Origin: Trueperaceae bacterium
Lineage (GTDB): Bacteria > Deinococcota > Deinococci > Deinococcales > Trueperaceae
DNA length: 23,955 bases
Assembly: GCA_035703635.1 (NCBI GenBank)
Contig: DASSXV010000014.1
Coordinates: 1-23,955, forward strand
Direction of reading: 5' to 3'
The stretch's first letter is position 1; each line of letters begins with the position of its first letter. Under the pieces are notes generated by a model. It was not told the DNA's origin, searched no databases, and saw only the letters and a list, made by a program, of their open reading frames with translations. A program made the translations under genes and the position numbers. Positions 16,585-23,955 of the stretch are shown one piece after another.

Positions 16585-17943
16585 TCAGGCGCTGACCTGC
16601 CCGAGCGACTCGAGGTGACCCGTCAGGCGGCGCGCTTCGGCCGCGCGGAGGGCCAACGCCGTCTCGATGGCCTCCTGCCAGCGCTGGCGTTCCGCGAGCA
16701 CCCTCCGCGCCCGCTGCAAGATGGCGCTAACGTCAGCGGCCGTGGGCTGCTCGGCGAACACGTGGATGTCGGGGTAGCCGAGCATCTGCTGCACGCTGGC
16801 GGTCTTGTGCGAGTCGGCGCCCAGCAGCACGCCCGGCACGCCGCCCAAGCCCGCCAGGATGGCGGGGTGGTAACGGCCCGTCACTACCAGTTCGGCGTGC
16901 GCCAGGATTTCGGTGGCCACCATGACGTTGGTGTCCGCCGGCACCAGCGGCAGGCCCAGCTCGTGCGCCAGCTCCTCCAGGAAGGCGTCGCCCGTCGAGC
17001 TCACCGTCACCACCAGCGGGTACCCCAGCTCCGGCAGCGCCTGAAGCAGGCGCCGGTACGAGGCGGCCGCCCGCTTAGGGTCCTTGGCGGCCTCCGAGCT
17101 GCCGCCCACGCAGATGTACGGCCGTTGGAAGTCCCAGGTCCCCAGCCGATCGGGGCGTTCGTGGAAGGGAGTCAGGTACTCGGGGCGCGCCAGGAGGTCG
17201 CGCCCGCGCCCTACGCGCCCCTTCCAGGCGAAGACGCTGTCGGGTACGTAAACCGAGGCCACCTCGGGCGCCACCTCGCGGAGGAACGCCTGCGACCAGG
17301 GGTCGCGCGTCGTCACCAGGCGCGCCTGGGGCAGCAGCCGCCGGGTCGCCGCCACGGTGGCGGCGTTGCGGGGCCCGTTGGCCGGGTCGGCGACCAGCGC
17401 GTTGACGTAGGCGAAGGGCACGTCCGCCTCGTGCGCGAGCTGCATCACGGCCAGGTGGAAGCGCTGCTCCAGGCGCGAGGGGGTGGTGAAGATCATGCTC
17501 CCCTCGCCGTTGACGACCACCGCGTCCGCGCGCTCCACGCGCGCGATCCACTCCGCCAGCGGCTCGCGCCCTGAGCGGCGCCAGCGGCGCACCGTCTCGG
17601 CGGGGTCGTCGCTGACGGCGTCGCGGACGCCCAGGCGCTCCAGTGACAGGCGCGTGCGGCCGCCGCGCGCCAGGCCGGCCACGGCGAGCCGGGCGAGGGC
17701 CGGTTGCCGCAGGAGGCGGCCCGCCACCGGCCCGTCGGCCAGCGCCACGCGCGAGCGCACCTCGGCGTCCAGCACGCGGTCGGAAGGCGAGAGGCCGGCG
17801 GCGGCCATGAGTTCGAGCAGCGCCATGGTGGTGGCGCGGCTGCCCCAGTTGGCGTTGTCGCGGTTGTCCGACACCAGCAGCACGCGCGGCCCGGCGCCGG
17901 CCGCGGCCTGCTCGATCTGGGCGTCAGCGGCCGCCTGGATCAC
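16585..17943 (-). CDS. Polysaccharide pyruvyl transferase family protein
   Basis: N.NWG..A, ADAVVVNGEGS, TRDPWS, VPDSVF and LVVTGRYH..I.A...GVP motifs. Confidence 0.8.
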   Translation of the reverse strand: MIQAAADAQIEQAAAGAGPRVLLVSDNRDNANWGSRATTMALLELMAAAGLSPSDRVLDAEVRSRVALADGPVAGRLLRQPALARLAVAGLARGGRTRLSLERLGVRDAVSDDPAETVRRWRRSGREPLAEWIARVERADAVVVNGEGSMIFTTPSRLEQRFHLAVMQLAHEADVPFAYVNALVADPANGPRNAATVAATRRLLPQARLVTTRDPWSQAFLREVAPEVASVYVPDSVFAWKGRVGRGRDLLARPEYLTPFHERPDRLGTWDFQRPYICVGGSSEAAKDPKRAAASYRRLLQALPELGYPLVVTVSSTGDAFLEELAHELGLPLVPADTNVMVATEILAHAELVVTGRYHPAILAGLGGVPGVLLGADSHKTASVQQMLGYPDIHVFAEQPTAADVSAILQRARRVLAERQRWQEAIETALALRAAEARRLTGHLESLGQVSA

Positions 17944-18334
17944 GACGCCCTCTCACGCTCTCGTTAGCGCGAGCGACGAGGGGCGCGCAACCAGGCAAGT
18001 GGGTGGCCGCAGGCCTGTGGGTGGGGCGAACCTTCCTATCGGTGGCATGTTGTCGTCCTGGTCGAGGCTACCACTAGCGGCCGCGCGGGCGCTGTGCGCT
18101 GGCGTCGGGGGCTCCCGCCGTGCGGGGCGCGAGTTGAGGTGAGCGCTCGCTGCGAAACGGTGCGCCTGATAGCCGCCGCCTCACCGCGACCAACGGCGCT
18201 CAATACCTGCTTGCCCTTCCTCCCAGGGGTGCCGTAAGGCCGCGCCCAATAGCGCGCGGGCCGACGCCTGGCGGGGGCGGTGAGCAGACGGCCGGGCACC
18301 GTCCGCGTTCATAGTCCAGCGGGCGGGAGTGCAT

Positions 18335-18988
18335 CTAATGGACCTCGGCCCCGCTGGTAGTTGCGCTCGCCACCATGTCCTGCACGAACTGGGCGACGAA
18401 CTCGTCCTCGCCGGCCTCGAGCAGCTCCTGCGGCGAGGTGCCCCCCAACTGCGGATGCGGCGACGTCAGCCACAGCTCCAGGCCCTCCTCGTCGGCGCCA
18501 ACGAACCGCGCCAGGCTCTCGCGTATTACCTCCAGGGGTGACGCGCCCGGCAACTGTTCGACCGGCGCGAGGCGTTCGATCCGCACGCTGATCTGCGCCC
18601 CGAAAGCGTCGAGGATGCGCTGCGCCCTCTGGGTGCTGATGTTCCGGTAACCGTTGCGCTCGTCCCGGCAGACCAGCGGGGCGCTCGTGCCCAGCGCGGC
18701 GGCGAGGCGCTGCTGCGTCCACCCCCGCTGAGAGCGCAGTTCGGTCAGCCAGCGGCCGATGTCGGTTAGGCGGCTGAGCGGTTCGAGCTCCACTGGGCGC
18801 TCGCGTTCGTACGCCTCGACCTCCCTGCGGAGCTCCGAGTGATAGTCAAGGGCCGGCCGCATGAGGCGCTCGACCTCTTCGGCCGCCAGGTCGGCGCGGC
18901 TCAAGGCCTCCCGCAGTCGATCCAGGTGCTCGCTCTCGTCCCGCAAGCGTCGCGTGGCGCGGGCGTACTCCGCCGCCGTGGTGATCAC
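18335..18988 (-). CDS. XRE-family HTH protein fused to a C-terminal Xre/MbcA/ParS-like antitoxin domain
   Basis: AGGAGG RBS before GTG at 18988 (MITTAAEY). HTH: LRSQRGWTQQRLAAALGTSAPLVCRDERN. C-terminal WLTSPHPQLGGTSPQELL motif. Confidence 0.75.
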   Translation of the reverse strand: MITTAAEYARATRRLRDESEHLDRLREALSRADLAAEEVERLMRPALDYHSELRREVEAYERERPVELEPLSRLTDIGRWLTELRSQRGWTQQRLAAALGTSAPLVCRDERNGYRNISTQRAQRILDAFGAQISVRIERLAPVEQLPGASPLEVIRESLARFVGADEEGLELWLTSPHPQLGGTSPQELLEAGEDEFVAQFVQDMVASATTSGAEVH

Positions 18989-19043
18989 CGCGTTCCTCCT
19001 AATCCGTTCCAGCCCTCCCAGAGCCATAGCCAGCGCGCTCCCG

Positions 19044-19490
19044 CTAGGGCGTCCCGCTCAGGCGCGCCTGCGCGGAGCGTTGCTGCGGCTTCCACCACTC
19101 CTTGATGTAGGCGATCACGTCCGTGACCTGCTCGTCGCTCCAGTCGGGGCCGACGGCTGGCATCATGAAGCCGCCCTGCCGGATCATGGCGGCGATCTGC
19201 GAGTCGGGGTGGTGCCAGGCGTGCATGGTGCCGTCTAGGGCTGGGATGCCGGCGCGCGAGTTGCCGGCGCCCGTGACGCCGTGGCAGGTGGCGCAGTTCG
19301 CCTGGTACGCCTGCTCGCCGCGGGCGATCTGCTCGGCCGGATAGGTGGGGTAGGTGAGCGGCCCGGAACCGCCGCTGCCGATGCGGGCGTAAACGGCGAG
19401 CATCACGATGATGACGACGCCCGATGCGAGGGCGATGGTGGATGGGCGCGGGCGGCGGCGTTGCTTGGGCTTTCGGGACAATGTCTTCAA
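19044..19490 (-). CDS. Membrane-anchored mono-heme cytochrome c
   Basis: N-terminal TM helix, CATCH heme motif, PALD..MHAWHH, MPA distal Met, VIAYIKEWW. Confidence 0.88.
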   Translation of the reverse strand: MKTLSRKPKQRRRPRPSTIALASGVVIIVMLAVYARIGSGGSGPLTYPTYPAEQIARGEQAYQANCATCHGVTGAGNSRAGIPALDGTMHAWHHPDSQIAAMIRQGGFMMPAVGPDWSDEQVTDVIAYIKEWWKPQQRSAQARLSGTP

Positions 19491-19598
19491 CCTCGTTCGG
19501 TGGGATGGCGGCCGCAGCGGCCGTACGGGCAGCGGGCGGGCTAGAGGAGTGGGGGCGGGTCGGCCGCTAGCGCGCCGCGACCGGACACGCCCCTGGCT

Positions 19599-20354
19599 TC
19601 AGTCGGCGGAGTCGGCCAGCCACGCCTGGTATTGGTGCACCTCGCCGGCTTGCGTGACGATGACGTCGCGCGCCAGGTCGCGCAGCTCCGCGTGCGTGGC
19701 GCGCTCGAGCGCGAGCTGGGCCATGTCGATGGCGCCCTGGTGGTGCGCGATCATCTCCGTCAGGAAGGCGGCATCCGGGTCTGGGCCTTCGGCCATGGCC
19801 GTCATCATGCCGCTCATCTCGGCGTCCATCGTCGCCGCCGAGGCGCCGTCGACCTCGGCGTCGTACCACGCGCGCAGCCAGGTGGTCATCTGCTCGATCT
19901 CGGGCGCCTGGGCGGCCTTGACAGCGCGCGCGGCGGCCAGCACCTCGGGGTCGTCGCCGCGCTCGAGCACCCAGTCGGCCATGGCGATGGCGCCCTGGTG
20001 GTGGGCGATCATCATCGACATGAAGGCCACCTCGAACTCCTCGCCAGCCAAGCCTCCCAGCTCTGTCGTGCCGGCGGCGCCGTGCATCATGCCCGGCGTC
20101 TGACCGGCGGGCATCCCGTGCATCTGGGCCATCATCTCGTGCATCTGGCGCATCATGCCGCTTGGCATGTGGCCCATCATGGGCCCGTGCATGCCGCCCA
20201 TCGCGTCGGCGCCCATCATCGCGCCACCCATCCCCATGGGGGCGGCGCCGGGGGGCGTGGTCGTGCCGGGCGGGTGGTGGTCGGGGTTGGCGAGGGCGGT
20301 GGTGGTCAGCGCGGCGGCGAGCAGCGCGGCGAAGAGTGTCTTGCGGTGCGTCAT
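19599..20354 (-). CDS. Exported DUF305 (CopM-like) protein with a Met/His-rich linker
   Basis: Signal peptide, M/H/G-rich segment, two F...MIAHHQGAI.MA repeats. AGGAGG RBS before ATG at 20354. Confidence 0.88.
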   Translation of the reverse strand: MTHRKTLFAALLAAALTTTALANPDHHPPGTTTPPGAAPMGMGGAMMGADAMGGMHGPMMGHMPSGMMRQMHEMMAQMHGMPAGQTPGMMHGAAGTTELGGLAGEEFEVAFMSMMIAHHQGAIAMADWVLERGDDPEVLAAARAVKAAQAPEIEQMTTWLRAWYDAEVDGASAATMDAEMSGMMTAMAEGPDPDAAFLTEMIAHHQGAIDMAQLALERATHAELRDLARDVIVTQAGEVHQYQAWLADSAD

Positions 20355-20404
20355 GGCGCTCCTCCTGTCGAGGAGCATGTTCGGGCGCGCGCGTGAACCG
20401 GCGA

Positions 20405-20431
20405 TAACGCCCGTGTAAGGTTTCGGTAAAG
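20405..20431 (-). promoter_or_regulatory. Putative response-regulator binding box upstream of the DUF305 gene
   Basis: Minus strand CTTTAC-CGAA-ACCTTACACG-GGCG-TTA; same conserved blocks as 22321-22347. Confidence 0.7.
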
Positions 20432-20454
20432 CCGCCCAGGACGCGGAGCGGCGC

Positions 20455-21597
20455 TCAGCCCGCGTCCGGCGCCCGCGGCAGCGTGAACCAGAAGGTGCTG
20501 CCCTGCCCCAGGCGGCTGCTGACGCCGATGTCGCCGCCTTGGCGCTCCACTAACTGCTTGGCGAGCGTGAGCCCGATGCCGCTGCCGCCGCCCTCCTGCT
20601 GGGCGCGCGCCTGGTCGCCGCGGTAGAAGCGGTTGAACACCAGGCTGAGCTGCCCCTGTGGGATGCCGCCGCCCGTGTCGCTGACCTCGAAGCGCACCCA
20701 CCCCTCGCCAACCGCGTAAACCGCAAGCTTGACCCGGCCCCCGGCAGGCGTGAAGCGCAGGGCGTTGGCCACCAGGTTGGTGAGCACCTGGCCGCTGCGC
20801 TCGGCGTCGGCCCATACGCGAACGTCGGGCGCGGCCGCCACCTCCAGCGTCACGTCCTTGGCCTCGAAGCGCGGCCGGAACGCCTCCGCCACGGCATCGA
20901 GCAGGGTGACGGCCGCCACCTCCGCCGGGTGCAGGTCGACCTGGCCGGTCTCCACGCGCGACAGCAGGCTCAAGTCGTCCGCCAGGCGCTCCAGCCGCTG
21001 CAACTGCCTCCGGGCCGGCGCCGCCAGCTCCTCGGGCGCGAACACCCCGTCCTCGAGGCCCTCCAGGTAGCCACGCAGGTTCGACAGGGGCGTGCGGAAC
21101 TCGTGCGCCACGTCGGCCATGAGCTGCACGCGCCGCTCCTCGCTCTTCTCCAGCGTCGCCGCCATGGTGTTGAACGCCGCCGCCAGCTCCCCGATCTCGC
21201 CCGGCGCCCGCTGCGTCAGACGCTGGCTGTAGCGCCCGCCGGCGATGCGGCCGCTGGCGCGCGTCAGCGCCCGCAGCGGCCGCACCACCCGCCGCGTGAC
21301 GTAAAGGCCAACCATAGTGGCGGCAGCCCCGGACGCCACCAGCGCCCACAAGAGCGACTGCGTCAGGGCGCGCCGGAAGCCGGCCGCCAGGTCGTCGGCC
21401 ATGGCGTCGAGCGTCTGGTCGCCGTGGGCGTGCAGCGACTCCATCATGGCGTCCACGTGGCGCTGCAAGAAGTAGGGCGCCAGCGCTTCGCCCGCCAGGA
21501 ACATCGTGCCCAGCGCCACCACCACCACCACCAGGTAGGAGGGCAGCAGGCGCCAGTAGAGGCTCGAGCGGGGCGGCCGGGTCATCGGGCTAGTCAT
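20455..21597 (-). CDS. HAMP-domain sensor histidine kinase (BaeS/CopS-like)
   Basis: Two TM helices, HAMP, H-box DVAHEFRTPL, N-box NLVANA, DTGGGI, FYRGD, GSGIGL. Confidence 0.93.
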   Translation of the reverse strand: MTSPMTRPPRSSLYWRLLPSYLVVVVVALGTMFLAGEALAPYFLQRHVDAMMESLHAHGDQTLDAMADDLAAGFRRALTQSLLWALVASGAAATMVGLYVTRRVVRPLRALTRASGRIAGGRYSQRLTQRAPGEIGELAAAFNTMAATLEKSEERRVQLMADVAHEFRTPLSNLRGYLEGLEDGVFAPEELAAPARRQLQRLERLADDLSLLSRVETGQVDLHPAEVAAVTLLDAVAEAFRPRFEAKDVTLEVAAAPDVRVWADAERSGQVLTNLVANALRFTPAGGRVKLAVYAVGEGWVRFEVSDTGGGIPQGQLSLVFNRFYRGDQARAQQEGGGSGIGLTLAKQLVERQGGDIGVSSRLGQGSTFWFTLPRAPDAG

Positions 21598-22271
21598 GCC
21601 ACCTTGTAGCCGACGCCGCGCACGGTCACCAGCAGGGCGTCCGCGCCCACGCTGGCGAGCTTCTGGCGCAGGTTTGAAACGTGCACGTCAACCACGCGGT
21701 CGACGCCGGTGAAGTCGGGGCCCCACACGCGCTCGATGAGGTCGTTGCGGCTGAACACCCGCCCCGGCGCGCGCGCCAGCGCGAACAGCAGGTCGAACTC
21801 CAGCGTGGTCAGCTCCACCTCGCGCCCCGCGAAGCTCGCCTGGCGCTGCAGCGGATCGACGCGCAGGCCGCGATGCTCCACCGCCTCGTCCGCCTCCGCC
21901 ACCTCGCGCGCCTGGCTGCGCCTCAGCACCGCGCGCACGCGCGCCACCAGCTCGCGCGGGCTGAACGGCTTCACCACGTAGTCGTCCGCGCCCAGCTCCA
22001 GCCCCACGATGCGGTCGCTCTCCTCGCTCCTGGCCGTCAGCATGATGACGGGCGTGCGCTGTGCGCGCCTGAGCGCGGTGAGGAACTCGGGGCCGGCCAC
22101 GCCCGGCAGCATCCAGTCGAGCACCACCAGGGCCGGCGGCGCCGTAAGCGCCGCTTGCAGGCCGGCGGCGCCGTCGTGCGCCACCTCGACGGCGTAACCC
22201 TCGCGCGTCAGGTAGGCGCTCACCACCTGCGCGGCGTCAGCGTCGTCCTCCACCACCAGGATGCGGCTCAT
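21594..22271 (-). CDS. OmpR/PhoB-family DNA-binding response regulator
   Basis: ILVVEDD, LDWMLP, GADDYVVKPF, winged helix VDVHVSNLRQKL...TVRGVGY. ATGA overlap with the kinase. Start may be as far as 22280. Confidence 0.93.
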   Translation of the reverse strand: MSRILVVEDDADAAQVVSAYLTREGYAVEVAHDGAAGLQAALTAPPALVVLDWMLPGVAGPEFLTALRRAQRTPVIMLTARSEESDRIVGLELGADDYVVKPFSPRELVARVRAVLRRSQAREVAEADEAVEHRGLRVDPLQRQASFAGREVELTTLEFDLLFALARAPGRVFSRNDLIERVWGPDFTGVDRVVDVHVSNLRQKLASVGADALLVTVRGVGYKVA

Positions 22272-22320
22272 GACCACCAAACTAACACCCGTTTCCGGGA
22301 CACCAATCCGCCCAACGCGA

Positions 22321-22347
22321 CTTTACGCGGACCTTACACGACGCTTA
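22321..22347 (+). promoter_or_regulatory. Putative response-regulator binding box in the divergent promoter
   Basis: CTTTAC-GCGG-ACCTTACACG-ACGC-TTA; TTA at an 11-bp period (22323, 22334, 22345). Confidence 0.7.
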
Positions 22348-22382
22348 AGCGACCGAAACAACCGGCCGCTACCGTGGACGAC

Positions 22383-22610
22383 ATGAGCGCGCCGCTGACG
22401 CACATGGCACCCCACGGACTATGGATGCTTCTTGGCACCGTCGCCCTGGTGCTGCTGGCGCTTGGCCTCCTGCGCGCGCTCTTCCCCGACTTCTCCCGCC
22501 ACGACATCAGCACCGCCCCCGGCGCCCAGCCCGACCGGCAGGCGCCAAGCGCGGTGGAGTCGGCGGCCGGCGTTACCGCCGCGGAGCCGCCGCCCGGACG
22601 GCGGGGCTGA
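22383..22610 (+). CDS. Small single-TM membrane protein (75 aa)
   Basis: MSAPLTHMAPHGLWMLLGTVALVLLALGLLRALFP... is the 3' end of shadow ORF 21681..22610. It sits between the regulatory box and the DUF411 gene. Confidence 0.5.
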   Translation: MSAPLTHMAPHGLWMLLGTVALVLLALGLLRALFPDFSRHDISTAPGAQPDRQAPSAVESAAGVTAAEPPPGRRG

Positions 22611-22700
22611 GATGCCGCGCGCAGAAGAGGTTGCTTCTCGGTTGCTAACGCGCGGGAGCGGCGCAGGCCGCCCGCGACGAGGAAGGCTAGGTGCACCAAC

Positions 22701-23168
22701 GTGAAGAGATGGCTACTGACACTGACCCCGCTGCTAGCGCTGGCGGTGACCGCCACCGCGCTGCTGGGCGGCCAACCCGCCCACGCCGCGGTCCCGCTGG
22801 CGGGCCTGCAGGTGACCGTCACCAAGTCCCCCTGGTGCGGCTGCTGCGGCGACTACATCGAGATCCTGCGCGAGCGCGGGATGGAGGTGACGGTGATCGA
22901 CACCGAGGACACCGCCGGCGCCAAGCTGGCCCTCGGCGTGCCGCCCACCACCTGGAGCTGCCACACCACCGAGGTCGACGGCTACGCCGTGGAAGGCCAC
23001 GTGCCCCTGGAGGCCATCGAGCGGCTGCTGAGCGAACGCCCCGCCGTGACCGGCATCGCGCTGCCCGGCATGCCCGCCGGCTCGCCCGGGATGAACGGCG
23101 TCAAGAGCGCGCCGTTCCAGGTCGTCGCCTTCGACGCCGGCGGCGTGCGCCTCTTCGGAAACTACTAG
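22701..23168 (+). CDS. DUF411 (CopG-like) exported metal-binding protein
   Basis: Signal peptide, KSPWCGCC, SCHT..VDGY.VEGHVP, PGMPAGSPGM. Confidence 0.9.
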   Translation: MKRWLLTLTPLLALAVTATALLGGQPAHAAVPLAGLQVTVTKSPWCGCCGDYIEILRERGMEVTVIDTEDTAGAKLALGVPPTTWSCHTTEVDGYAVEGHVPLEAIERLLSERPAVTGIALPGMPAGSPGMNGVKSAPFQVVAFDAGGVRLFGNY

Positions 23169-23267
23169 CAGTGCGATAAGCAGCAGAGAGAGCGGTCGCT
23201 TGCTATTGCCGGATCAGGTTGCTGTTCTCAACCGTCGGCGCCAGATGGAGGGCAGTCGTTCAGCGCG

Positions 23268-23720
23268 CTAGCGAGATAGCCGCTCCAGGATGCCCTCCAT
23301 CTGGGCGATCTCCTCACGTTGCGCGCGGATGATCTCCTCGCAAAGCTGAACGGTCTCCGGGTCTCGCCGCGTGGCCTGCTCGCAGTTCTTGATGGCTATG
23401 GAGTGGTGCGGGATCATCGACAGGGAGAGCTGCGCGTCGCCCACGAACGCCTGCGTTCGGATAGCGGTGAACGCACCCAGGAACACCAACGTGCTAACGG
23501 TATAAAGCACCGCGTTGAGGCGCTTGTTCTTGAACATGTGCCGCATCGCGACGAGCATGACGACGATCATGGGCGCCACCATCACCACGGCCATGTAGAA
23601 GCGGTTCAAGTTGAGGTGAATGTGCTCGAACGCGGCCACGCCCACGTAAGTAAGGGTCCACATGATCTGGAAGTGAATAGCGACGGCGAGCCCTAGGGTC
23701 GCGTACGGCCGGTCCTTCAC
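23268..23720 (-). CDS. Membrane-bound DUF305 domain protein
   Basis: GGAGG RBS before GTG at 23720; three TM helices, NLNRFYMA, SMIPHHSIAI...EII.AQ.EEI.QM. Confidence 0.85.
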   Translation of the reverse strand: MKDRPYATLGLAVAIHFQIMWTLTYVGVAAFEHIHLNLNRFYMAVVMVAPMIVVMLVAMRHMFKNKRLNAVLYTVSTLVFLGAFTAIRTQAFVGDAQLSLSMIPHHSIAIKNCEQATRRDPETVQLCEEIIRAQREEIAQMEGILERLSR

Positions 23721-23788
23721 GGGGCACCTCCGATGTCCGCTCCTGGAGGTTAGGCGCAATGCCGAGACCGAGTCAGTGACCCTAGAAC

Positions 23789-23955
23789 TCAAGGAGTGGC
23801 TGGGTTCGCTTCCGACACCTCGTGCTGATAGGCGCGCTGGCGCGGTTCCCACCACTGCTTGACGTAGGCCAGTACCGCCGTCACCTGCTCGTCGCTCCAC
23901 TCGGGCGCCACCGCCGGCATGTACACGCCGCCCTCGCGGATGTAGCGCGCGAACA
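23789..23955 (-). CDS. Cytochrome c paralogue, C-terminal part (5' end outside window)
   Basis: Manual translation FARYIREGGVYMPAVAPEWSDEQVTAVLAYVKQWWEPRQRAYQHEVSEANPATP* aligns with the C-terminus of 19044..19490. Confidence 0.85.
   Translation of the reverse strand, partial: FARYIREGGVYMPAVAPEWSDEQVTAVLAYVKQWWEPRQRAYQHEVSEANPATP

Noticed and set aside
17950-18330. Toxin gene downstream of the XRE/MbcA-like gene
   Set aside because: The short ORFs here are R/P/A-rich with no RES, RelE or other toxin motifs.
16615-22382. Long + strand ORFs (16615..17574, 19408..20103, 19632..20396, 20929..21609, most of 21681..22610)
   Set aside because: Antisense shadows of well-supported minus-strand genes in high-GC DNA, with no recognisable motifs.
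23721-23900. N-terminal extension of the DUF305 ORF 23268..23900
   Set aside because: It overlaps the cytochrome c paralogue in another frame; the RBS supports a start at 23720.

Overview
GC-rich bacterial window with three parts. (1) 1-2399: a tripartite tricarboxylate transporter operon (tctC-tctB-tctA', minus strand) and a divergent DUF4870-like membrane gene. (2) About 2450-16025: a mobile island. It has an apparently intact Tn7-like operon (tnsA-like endonuclease, tnsB DDE transposase, tnsC/tniB AAA+ ATPase, 847-aa TniQ; minus strand, 8825-15503). It also has a cargo-like stretch (tandem GNAT, internalin-like LRR protein, 600-aa lipoprotein, gene fragments) and scars of IS256, IS630 and ISAs1. 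(3) 16110-end: a probable copper/metal-response cluster (Cys-rich four-helix bundle, two cytochrome c paralogues, two DUF305 proteins, DUF411/CopG-like, OmpR-type two-component system), interrupted by a pyruvyl-transferase gene and an XRE/MbcA-like fusion. Most notable: (a) the C-terminal half of TniQ is an ungapped tandem duplication (226-aa offset, about 32% identity) of an HTH-containing module; (b) a 19-bp motif resembling TnsB-binding sites forms + strand clusters at 2571-2643 and 3921-3973 and a - strand cluster at 8624-8667, bracketing the cargo with the tns operon outside; (c) a shared 11-bp-period direct-repeat box lies upstream of two copper-cluster transcription units. No CRISPR array, cas gene, tRNA or rRNA was seen. 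All family assignments come from motif recognition by eye, not database searches.
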